Positions 56,300-64,000 of a DNA stretch of 64,000 bases are shown piece after piece (the first letter of the stretch is position 1; each line of letters starts with the position of its first letter). Location of the stretch: the NCBI GenBank assembly GCA_963807955.1, contig CAWEDQ010000003.1, forward strand, positions 32,578 to 96,577, written 5' to 3'. The translations under genes were made by a program, and so were the position numbers. This stretch comes from Terriglobia bacterium. Its GTDB lineage: Bacteria > Acidobacteriota > Terriglobia > Terriglobales > Acidobacteriaceae. The notes below the pieces were generated by a model, which was given only the letters and a program-made list of their open reading frames with translations, made no database searches and was not told the origin of the DNA.

Positions 56300-58270
56300 A
56301 TGCGATTTCTCCGCCCTGTTCTATGTACTTTATTCATAACATTTTCAGTCCTGGCCAATGCCCAGGACGAGAAATGGGTCCCTATATCTCCGCAGGAGCA
56401 GCAGCTAAGTGCAGTGCCGGGAAATCCGTCAGCGCCGGCGGTTCAGCTTTACTATTCGCAGTATGTTGACCATGCAACGGCCGAGAACGAAGCAGAGTTT
56501 ATTTATCGTCGTATCAAGATCCTCACCGACAAAGGCAAGGACTTCGGCGATGTCAAGGTTGAGCTACCTCCCGGTTCCAAGCTGGCCCATCTGAAAGCTC
56601 GCACCATCCACCCCGATGGCAAGGTCATTGAGATGGATGACAAAGCTTTTGCATCAACTCTGATCAAGGGCCGAGGCTACAAGGTGATGGGAAGTTCGTT
56701 CACTCTGCCTGACGTCACCGTGGGAAGCATTATTGAGTACAAGTACAAGCTTGATCTTCCACCGAACCAACTGTTCGATCCAGTGTGGCATGTGCAGGGA
56801 GATCTGTACGCTCTCAAGGAGATTTTCAAGTTCCGGGCCTACACGGGAGCATTCGTAAACACCGTTGGTTCAGGAATCTCAGCCACCTACAGGCTACCGC
56901 CGGGAATGAAGCCGCAGCGTAAAGGCGAGGGATGGGAACTTGAGGCGGAAAATGTCCCTGCCTTTGAAGCTGAACCTTTCATGCCACCAGGCGATCAGTT
57001 CATCTATCAGGTCAATTTCCGGTATGGCGGCAAGGAAATGGGCAGTGGCGACCGCTTCTGGGTGGACCTCGGCATAAAAAGGAGCCTTGCGGCTGAGAAT
57101 TACATCGGAAACTCGCGTGAGATCAGAGATGCGGCAAGTCAGGCTGTGGCAGGCGAGACCAACCCGGAGAAACAACTTCGAAAACTGTACGCGCGCGCAC
57201 AACAGATCAGAAACCTGACCTACGAACGCCAGCGCAATCAGGAGGAGATGCAGAAAGAGGGGCTGCGGGGAAATCAGACCGCACAGGATGTTCTCTCTCA
57301 TGGGTATGGTGACCGTGACGATGTAACCAAATTCTTTGTGGCATTGGCCCGGGCCGCCGGTTTTGACGCCATACCGGTTGACGCATCCAGCCGCGGTAAC
57401 AAACTGTTCAATAAGAACGAATTGAATGCATCGCAACTGGATACCGAAGTTGCCGTGGTCAAACTGAATGGCAACGATATCTACCTTGACCCCGGCACGC
57501 GTTTCTGTCCTTTTGGCTTGATGCGCTGGATCAGGACCGCCACAGAAGGATTGCGGCTCGACAAAAAAGGCCCCAGCCTCGTGATGCTTCCGCCCTCCGA
57601 CCAGGGAAAAGCCGTTACCGAAAGAAGTGCTGACGTTACGGTTGGGGCTGACGGTACGCTTAAAGGACAGATCACGGTTCAGTATTGGGGAATAGAAGCG
57701 CTGGAAAGGCGGCTTGATGCCCTGGAAACCGATGAGGCGGGCAGGAACAAGAAGCTGGAAGACGATCTGAGTGAGCGGCTCCCCAGGGGCGCCATTGTGA
57801 AGTGCAAGGATTCCAAAAACTGGGAAGGCACTGACCAGGCAATTGAAGTGACTTTCACCGTGGAAATTCCATCCTATGGCGCGCTGGCAGGAAAGCGCCT
57901 GCTTACACCCGTCAGCCTTTTCCAGACAAAACAAATGGATGCCTTTAAGCCGTCTGAGCGAAAGTTTCCTGTGTATTTTTCCTACCCATTTTGCGAGTCT
58001 GACGAAGTCCATCTAAAAGTTCCGGCTGGATTCACCCTGGAAACTGCCCCTCAACAACAAAACGTGACCCTGCCTTACGCCAGCTATCAGAGCGTGAGCC
58101 AGTTCGACGGCAAACAGGTCTTAACACAGCGCCAATTAGTGCTGAACGGCATGTTTTTTCCCGTGGATCGCTATGCGGAACTGAAAGGGTTTTTCAATAA
58201 GGTACAGGCTGGAGACGAACAGCAGGCAGTCCTGCAAGGAGGCAACACCAGTGGTCAAAAAGGTAATTAG
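56300..58270 (+). CDS. secreted DUF3857 / transglutaminase-like / DUF3858-type protein, catalytic triad lost (paralogue 1)
   Basis: The ATG at 56300 gives signal peptide MRFLRPVLCTLFITFSVLANAQ. DUF3857-like N-terminus (EFIYRRIKILTDKGKDFGDV...GSIIEYKYKL). The TGase-core position reads GYGDRDDV, with Arg for Cys. Confidence 0.85.
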   Translation: MRFLRPVLCTLFITFSVLANAQDEKWVPISPQEQQLSAVPGNPSAPAVQLYYSQYVDHATAENEAEFIYRRIKILTDKGKDFGDVKVELPPGSKLAHLKARTIHPDGKVIEMDDKAFASTLIKGRGYKVMGSSFTLPDVTVGSIIEYKYKLDLPPNQLFDPVWHVQGDLYALKEIFKFRAYTGAFVNTVGSGISATYRLPPGMKPQRKGEGWELEAENVPAFEAEPFMPPGDQFIYQVNFRYGGKEMGSGDRFWVDLGIKRSLAAENYIGNSREIRDAASQAVAGETNPEKQLRKLYARAQQIRNLTYERQRNQEEMQKEGLRGNQTAQDVLSHGYGDRDDVTKFFVALARAAGFDAIPVDASSRGNKLFNKNELNASQLDTEVAVVKLNGNDIYLDPGTRFCPFGLMRWIRTATEGLRLDKKGPSLVMLPPSDQGKAVTERSADVTVGADGTLKGQITVQYWGIEALERRLDALETDEAGRNKKLEDDLSERLPRGAIVKCKDSKNWEGTDQAIEVTFTVEIPSYGALAGKRLLTPVSLFQTKQMDAFKPSERKFPVYFSYPFCESDEVHLKVPAGFTLETAPQQQNVTLPYASYQSVSQFDGKQVLTQRQLVLNGMFFPVDRYAELKGFFNKVQAGDEQQAVLQGGNTSGQKGN

Positions 58271-60209
58271 CGCAGGGCTTTTTCTTTTCCTTTTGAACGT
58301 GTTTCCTGCGGCCGCCAGCGCCGGTGTGCCAGACTGGGTGCGATCTCTCGCCCAGCAACCGGTGAAGAAATACGCGGATGATGCTAATGCTGTGGTCCTG
58401 CTGGATGAGAAAGAGACCACCGTCCGGAACAACGGCGAAATGGTTGACCACCAGCGTATCGTTTTCCGTATCCTGCGTCCCGAAGGAAAGCACTATGCGG
58501 ATTTTCCTGTGCACTTTGATCAGGAAACCAAACTGAACTACCTGCGGGGCTGGAGCATCACCACCAAAGGACAGGAATACGAATCCAAGGACAAAGACAA
58601 TTTTGAGCGTAGCGATGCGACCGACGAAGTGTTCTCATCCGCAAAAATGAAAATCGTTGTGCTTCCAGGCGCGGACGTGGGCACAGTTGTGGCATTCGAG
58701 TACGAGCGCAAGCGCCGGCCCTATCTTTTCCAGGACTTCTGGTTTTTCCAGGATACGATTCCGGTTGAAAGAAGCCGTTATACGTTGCGCTTACCGGCCT
58801 CATGGGAATACCGCGCCGACTGGATCAATCACTCCGAGCAAAAGCCTATGGAGCAGGCGGGTACGTATGTATGGGAAGTGTCCGACGTCCCCCGAATCGA
58901 GGATGAACACAACGAACCTCCCTACCGCGCTCTGGCCGGGCAAATGATTATTACTTTCTTTTCGGCCACTGTGCGCAACCAGACGTACCATTCATGGAAA
59001 GACCTTGGCATCTGGTACTCGCAGTTGACCACCGGAGTCCGTGACGCGAGTCCGGCTCTTACAGCCAAGACACAGCAGTTGGCTCCCTCCACAATGCCTC
59101 TCTGGGAGCGAGTCTCGGCTTTATCGCGGTTTGCGCAACGCGACGTTCGTTACGTGGCCATCGAGATCGGCATTGGCGGCTATCGCCCTCATCCGGCCGC
59201 AGACGTCTTTGCTCATCGTTACGGAGACTGCAAAGACAAAGCTACAGTCTTGAGCTCCATGCTGGCACAAATCGGAGTTAAGTCTTTCTACATGCCGATC
59301 CATGCGACTCGCGGGATCTATACCGAGAAGACGCCACCGAATTCGGGCTTCAATCACGTGATCCTGGCGATTCAGCTTCCAGACGGCAGCTATCCCAAGG
59401 GACTGGCAGCCATGGTGGAACATCCCAAGCTGGGTCACCTGTTAATTTTTGATCCCACCAACGAATGGGTGCCGATCGGCCAGTTGCCCTACTACGAGCA
59501 GGACAGCTTCGCACTGCTGGTGACTGACGACGGCGGCGAACTCACACACTTGCCTGTCAGCACGCCTGATCTAAACCGGATTCGCCGAAACGCCAAGCTG
59601 AATCTTCTGCCTGACGGAAGCCTGCAAGGCGAGATTGAAGAAACGTTTTCCGGCTACCCGGCCATGCTGAACCGCGAGTATCTGGAAACGGAAAGTCAGC
59701 ATGACCGCAACAAGAACATCCAGCATTTCCTGGGCAAGAACCAGAACAACTTCCAGGTGGACGCGTTCAACATTGAAAACGCTGACGACATAACCAAGGA
59801 CCTGGTGGTGCGCTTTACATTCACCGCCAACCACTATGCCAAGAACGCCGGCCCGCTTCTGCTGGTGCGTCCGCGGGTGATCGGTGAGATGGCCGGTGCG
59901 TTCGACGGCACAAAACCACGCCACTATGCGTACGACTTTGCCGCGCCATTCACGCGCAGTGACTCGGTGGAAATCAACCTGCCTGAAGGCTATGGCGTTG
60001 ACGAACTTCCAACCTCAGCCAAGGGTGAATTTTCCTTCGCTCAATATCAGAGCAAAACGGAACAGGCCGGCAACATTTTGAAATACAGCCGCGAGTACAA
60101 GATGCAAGCCACCTCAGTCCCGGTGGAAAAGTATGATGACCTGCGCCATTTGTTTTCCCAGATCATCACCGACGAAAAGAACATGGCGGTGCTGAAAAAG
60201 AAGAACTAA
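58251..60209 (+). CDS. secreted DUF3857 / transglutaminase-core protein with intact Cys-His-Asp (paralogue 2)
   Basis: GTG start preceded by AGGAGG (58237-58242), overlapping the previous gene by 20 nt. Signal peptide. RYGDCKDKA (Cys), FNHVILAI (His), LIFDPTNE (Asp). Confidence 0.85.
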   Translation: MVKKVISAGLFLFLLNVFPAAASAGVPDWVRSLAQQPVKKYADDANAVVLLDEKETTVRNNGEMVDHQRIVFRILRPEGKHYADFPVHFDQETKLNYLRGWSITTKGQEYESKDKDNFERSDATDEVFSSAKMKIVVLPGADVGTVVAFEYERKRRPYLFQDFWFFQDTIPVERSRYTLRLPASWEYRADWINHSEQKPMEQAGTYVWEVSDVPRIEDEHNEPPYRALAGQMIITFFSATVRNQTYHSWKDLGIWYSQLTTGVRDASPALTAKTQQLAPSTMPLWERVSALSRFAQRDVRYVAIEIGIGGYRPHPAADVFAHRYGDCKDKATVLSSMLAQIGVKSFYMPIHATRGIYTEKTPPNSGFNHVILAIQLPDGSYPKGLAAMVEHPKLGHLLIFDPTNEWVPIGQLPYYEQDSFALLVTDDGGELTHLPVSTPDLNRIRRNAKLNLLPDGSLQGEIEETFSGYPAMLNREYLETESQHDRNKNIQHFLGKNQNNFQVDAFNIENADDITKDLVVRFTFTANHYAKNAGPLLLVRPRVIGEMAGAFDGTKPRHYAYDFAAPFTRSDSVEINLPEGYGVDELPTSAKGEFSFAQYQSKTEQAGNILKYSREYKMQATSVPVEKYDDLRHLFSQIITDEKNMAVLKKKN

Positions 60210-60256
60210 AAGCGCCGCGCCTGCGGAATCATAGTTTCGGCGAGGAATTACATCTT

Positions 60257-62212
60257 ATGAAGATGTACCTGCAACGTTGTCTTGGATGTCTGGTGATCGG
60301 ACTAAGCCTCGCAGGAAGTGCTCTGCCTTCCGGGCTTTCCAGGACCTGGCTGCCGGTGACTCCGCAGGACCTCAAGCAGGAAGTGCCCGGAGACAAGACC
60401 GCCGCGGCCATCCAGTTGTACTACGCTGACGAAATTGAAGACGTGGATCACGATGAATACTTTTACGAAAGGGTAAAGGTACTCAGAGAATCCGGGAAAG
60501 ACCATGGCAACGTGGAAATTCCGGTCTTGCCCGGCACGTCCATCCATGACCTGGAAGCGCGCACGATACACCCTGACGGATCGATCGTGGCGTTCTCCGG
60601 CAATACCTATGACACCACCGTTTTGCGAGGCAAAGGAATCAAGATACAGGCCAAAACCTTCGCTTTCCCTGAAGTCAGCGTCGGCAGCATCGTCGAATAT
60701 AAATACCGTCTTCACCGTGACGACAACAGCTTTCCCAACCAGACATGGACCGTTCAGCACGATCTCTACACCGTAAAAGATCACTTCTTTTTCCGTTTTG
60801 ACAAACGAAGCGGGCGGGCCGTTTCCTGGGTGACCACAGGCGGATTCAGCCAGGACCCGCAACAAAGGCCCGGCGCGTTTGAAATGGACGCCGAAAACGT
60901 TCCGGCGTTTGAAAAAGAAGAGCTCATGCCTCCGGAGGATGGCTACCGATTTCTGGTGAAGTTTTATTATGGCGGGACTGAGATGGTTTCCGCCTCTGCT
61001 TACTGGTGGGAGTACGGTTCAGGGATCGCGAGCTATTTCAAACAATTTATAGGAGAGCGCAAAGAAATTAGACAGGCCGCAGAACAAGCAATCGGCAATG
61101 AGCCCGATCCTGAGGCCAAGCTCAGGAAACTCTATTCACGGGCCCAGCAAATCGAAAATCTCAGCTTTGAAAGACACCGCACCAAACAGGAACAGAAAAA
61201 GGAAAATTTAAAGAAGAACGAAAACATAGAAGACGTCTTACATCACGGCTACGGCGAAAGTGGCGCGATAACCGCCCTTTTTGTGGGAATGGCCCGCGCC
61301 GCCGGCTTTGATGCTTCTCTCGTGATGGTATCGAGCAGAAGCACCAGGCTGTTTGACGACCGCATCATGTCGATTGGGCAATTGGATTCGCTGATTGCGG
61401 TAGTGTGGATCAATGGGAAGCGGTTTTATCTTGATCCTGGAACCCGGTTCTGTCCCTTCGGCACTCTGCGCTGGATGCACACCGCGACCTACGCAATGGA
61501 CCTGAAACACCCCGGAGACCTCATTCAGATTGCGGGCGACACTTTTACTGCTGCCACCACGAAGCGAGCAGCCCAGTTTGATCTCATGCCGGACGGGAAC
61601 CTTAAGGGTACAGTGACATTGACCTTCACTGGCGCCGAGGCCCTTGAACAGCGACTGGCCGCCCTTGAAACGGATGAACCGGGACGCAATCGAGATATTG
61701 AAAACGAGTTAAAGGACCGCCTGCCGGCTGAGAGCGTGGTCAAGTTCACAGAGTCGAGCGGATGGTCAGATTCACGTGAGCCCCTGACGGCAACATTCGC
61801 TGTAGAGATACCTGGATTTGCATCGTCTGTGGGCAAGCGCCTGTTGCTACCCACAGGGATATTTGACTCCACCAGGAGAGTTCGCTTCACATCTCCAACC
61901 CGCAAGTATCCCATCTACTTTCACTATGCTTATCTGGAGTCAGACAAAGTCACCATCACCGTACCCGATGGCTTCTCCGTGGAAAGCGTTCCCGAACAAG
62001 AGGAAGTCAAGCTGGCCTATGCACGGTATGCCCGGAGAGCAACCGTCAATGGCAAGACGCTGTCCGTGGAGCGGGCCTTGCTGTTCAACGGAGTGTTTGT
62101 GGACACGGACCGCTACTCAGAATTCAGGGATTTCTTTGGCAAGGTGAACAGCGGTGACCAATTACAAAGCGTGCTTCGATCGACCGTATCTGACGCGCAA
62201 AAAGCGAATTGA
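60257..62212 (+). CDS. secreted DUF3857 / transglutaminase-like protein, triad lost (paralogue 3)
   Basis: Signal peptide. Close paralogue of 56300-58270 (EYFYERVKVLRESGKDHGNV, GSIVEYKYRL, DPGTRFCPFG). The core reads GYGESGAI, with Ser for Cys. Confidence 0.85.
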   Translation: MKMYLQRCLGCLVIGLSLAGSALPSGLSRTWLPVTPQDLKQEVPGDKTAAAIQLYYADEIEDVDHDEYFYERVKVLRESGKDHGNVEIPVLPGTSIHDLEARTIHPDGSIVAFSGNTYDTTVLRGKGIKIQAKTFAFPEVSVGSIVEYKYRLHRDDNSFPNQTWTVQHDLYTVKDHFFFRFDKRSGRAVSWVTTGGFSQDPQQRPGAFEMDAENVPAFEKEELMPPEDGYRFLVKFYYGGTEMVSASAYWWEYGSGIASYFKQFIGERKEIRQAAEQAIGNEPDPEAKLRKLYSRAQQIENLSFERHRTKQEQKKENLKKNENIEDVLHHGYGESGAITALFVGMARAAGFDASLVMVSSRSTRLFDDRIMSIGQLDSLIAVVWINGKRFYLDPGTRFCPFGTLRWMHTATYAMDLKHPGDLIQIAGDTFTAATTKRAAQFDLMPDGNLKGTVTLTFTGAEALEQRLAALETDEPGRNRDIENELKDRLPAESVVKFTESSGWSDSREPLTATFAVEIPGFASSVGKRLLLPTGIFDSTRRVRFTSPTRKYPIYFHYAYLESDKVTITVPDGFSVESVPEQEEVKLAYARYARRATVNGKTLSVERALLFNGVFVDTDRYSEFRDFFGKVNSGDQLQSVLRSTVSDAQKAN

Positions 62213-62239
62213 TTTCCAATCCTGGGAGAACCTCGCAAA

Positions 62240-64000
62240 ATGAAACGTGATCGCACTTTGCTGCTTGCCTGGCTCCTGTTGGCGCCGGTGTTGTGCGTTG
62301 GGCAAAGCTATGATTGGGTTCCACTGACCCGGCAAGAGTTTCAATTTAAGGAGGTCCCCGGGAACGCCGGAGCAGCAGCGGCCCTGCTGTACCATGCCGA
62401 CTACATCACATACGTGAGTGATTACGACCAGAGCGAGTTCGTTTACAACCGGATCAAGGTTCTGACGGATGCGGGCAAATCTCAGGGGAATATAGCGATT
62501 CCGCTAGCGCCATGGATCAAGATTCACGATCTTCAGGCACGCACCATTCACCCAGACGGCAGTATTTCTGATTTCAACTCCACGCCTTTTGAAAAGGTCA
62601 TTCTAAAAGGCCGGGACTACAAATATCTGGCGGAGACGTTCGCTCTGCCGGACGTCACCATCGGCAGCATTATTGAATACAAATACCGTCTGCAAAGCAG
62701 CTGGGTACACAGCGACCATTGGGAACTGGAGCACGATCTCTTCACTGTCCGCGAGCATTTTCTTTTCAAACATGCCGGTCCATTTGCCATGTCCTATGTG
62801 GTCTTTGGAAGCAAAGCCCAGCCGGTAAAGAACAGGGAAACTTACGAGCTCGAATTATCGAACGTGCCGGCTTTCGTTTCTGAAGAACAGATGCCCGCAG
62901 CGGAAAACTACAAGGCTGCAGTGAAATTCTTCTACGGCAAAACTGACACTTCGGGCGTCCGGACCTTCTGGACGCAAGAAGCAAGACAGTGGTCGCTCCA
63001 TATCAACAATTTTATCGGGGACTACAGGGACGTCCGGACCGCGGCAGCTGCGGCGATTGGAAGTGCAACTGATCCAGAGGAGAAATTGCGCCGCCTGTAT
63101 GCCCGGGCACAGGAGATTCGGAACCTGGGATGGGAGGGCGAACGCAGCGCCGAAGAAGAAAAGAAAGAACACCTCAAGGACAACCAGAGCTCGGTTGACG
63201 TTCTGAAGCACGGCTACGGTTACGATCGCGACATTACAGAATTTTTTGTCGCCATGGCAAGGGCGTCAGGTTTTGATGCGTCTGTGATACTTGTTGCCAG
63301 CCGGGAACGGCGCTTCTTTCAATCCGAGTATCTTGTCGCTCATCAATATCATTCATCCATCGCGGGAGTGGCGTTAAACGGCAAAAACCTTCTGCTGGAA
63401 CCTGCCACTCGGTTTTGCCCCTTCGGATCTGTTCGCTGGATCAATACCGCGACCTCGGCGCTGAAGATCGGAAAGGAAACATGGTCGTTCTTCATCATGC
63501 CGCCCGCGGGACCGGATCGAGCCTCGGTTTTAAGATCCACGAGGGCCACACTGAATGAAAACGGCTCCCTGCAAGGACGTGTCACCATCACTTTCGAAGG
63601 CGGCGAAGCCCTGGAGCGGCGACTGATTGCCTTGCAGACAGATGAGGCGGGTCGAAACAAGAGCATGGAAGAAGAAGTGACTTCATGGCTGCCCCCGCAA
63701 AGTTCCGTGAAAATGCTGGGCTCACAGGGTTGGCAACAGACGGGAGGACCGGTGATCGTCGATTTTGAAATCAACGTTCCGGGCTACGCGGTCAGCGCTG
63801 GTGATCGCCTGTTGGTGCCGGCTGCGCTATTGTCGACCAGGCGCAAAGATACCTTCAAGCGCGCAGAACGAAAATATCCCGTGTACTTTCACTATGCTTT
63901 TTCCGAGCTGAATCTAGCTATCATTGGAGTGCCTGCCGGTTTTACATTAGAGAATCTTCCGGAACCGATGGACACCAGCACATCCTTTGGGTCGTACCGA
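62240..64000 (+). CDS. secreted DUF3857 / transglutaminase-like protein, triad lost (paralogue 4, 3' end outside window)
   Basis: Absent from the ORF track because it has no stop in the window. ATG at 62240 after GGGAGA. MKRDRTLLLAWLLLAPVLCVGQ signal peptide, EFVYNRIKVLTDAGKSQGNI, GSIIEYKYRL, GYGYDRDI, EPATRFCPFG. The frame stays open to base 64000. Confidence 0.85.
   Translation, partial: MKRDRTLLLAWLLLAPVLCVGQSYDWVPLTRQEFQFKEVPGNAGAAAALLYHADYITYVSDYDQSEFVYNRIKVLTDAGKSQGNIAIPLAPWIKIHDLQARTIHPDGSISDFNSTPFEKVILKGRDYKYLAETFALPDVTIGSIIEYKYRLQSSWVHSDHWELEHDLFTVREHFLFKHAGPFAMSYVVFGSKAQPVKNRETYELELSNVPAFVSEEQMPAAENYKAAVKFFYGKTDTSGVRTFWTQEARQWSLHINNFIGDYRDVRTAAAAAIGSATDPEEKLRRLYARAQEIRNLGWEGERSAEEEKKEHLKDNQSSVDVLKHGYGYDRDITEFFVAMARASGFDASVILVASRERRFFQSEYLVAHQYHSSIAGVALNGKNLLLEPATRFCPFGSVRWINTATSALKIGKETWSFFIMPPAGPDRASVLRSTRATLNENGSLQGRVTITFEGGEALERRLIALQTDEAGRNKSMEEEVTSWLPPQSSVKMLGSQGWQQTGGPVIVDFEINVPGYAVSAGDRLLVPAALLSTRRKDTFKRAERKYPVYFHYAFSELNLAIIGVPAGFTLENLPEPMDTSTSFGSYR

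Noticed and set aside
56894-58012. 372-aa minus-strand ORF inside the first DUF3857-type gene
   Set aside because: It is long, but the plus-strand frame has a signal peptide and three clear paralogues downstream. The antisense product has no motifs and its sequence is not mirrored in the paralogues.
1-64000. Scan for tRNA, rRNA, tmRNA, RNase P and SRP RNA
   Set aside because: No T-arm/acceptor-like GGTTCGAATCC-type motifs occur in intergenic DNA on either strand, and no rRNA-like conserved blocks were seen. All larger gaps are explained by REP-like repeats or AT-rich spacers.

Overview
Compact, gene-dense bacterial chromosome segment, moderately GC-rich by eye. The gene content, the many signal-peptide proteins and the REP-like intergenic elements (the kind that translate as ...HPERSEGS...) fit Acidobacteriota; this is inference only, as no search was possible. 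Most of the window is housekeeping: cold-shock protein, isocitrate lyase, ribBA, gpmI, uvrA, pyrE, mtnA, scoA/scoB, a trpC-trpF-trpB-trpA / chorismate mutase / tyrA aromatic block, truA, an aldehyde dehydrogenase and several peptidases and hydrolases. I saw no rRNA, tRNA, CRISPR array, transposase or integrase. Five regions stand out. (1) At 7.3-10.3 kb, stand-alone receiver-like proteins have a substituted phospho-acceptor Asp (LVICHSVP). They sit with a paralogous family of ~65-aa Cys/His mini-proteins (third copy at 32.5 kb), a duplicated ~120-nt non-coding element and a thrice-repeated CACAGT-N5-CACAG direct repeat. (2) At 56.3 kb to the window end, at least four tandem secreted DUF3857/transglutaminase-like paralogues follow an orphan TolC. 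Only one keeps the Cys-His-Asp triad. (3) An ExeA-like AAA+ / TM / Sel1-repeat protein has a small upstream partner. (4) Two unusual architectures: prephenate dehydrogenase fused to a YdeN-type serine hydrolase, and a MOSC gene wedged between scoA and scoB. (5) Two paralogous poly-Thr, Lys/His-rich secreted mini-proteins, plus several families of REP-like repeats. All functional calls rest on motif recognition by eye. Start codons were refined where a signal peptide, a Shine-Dalgarno sequence or family length supported it.
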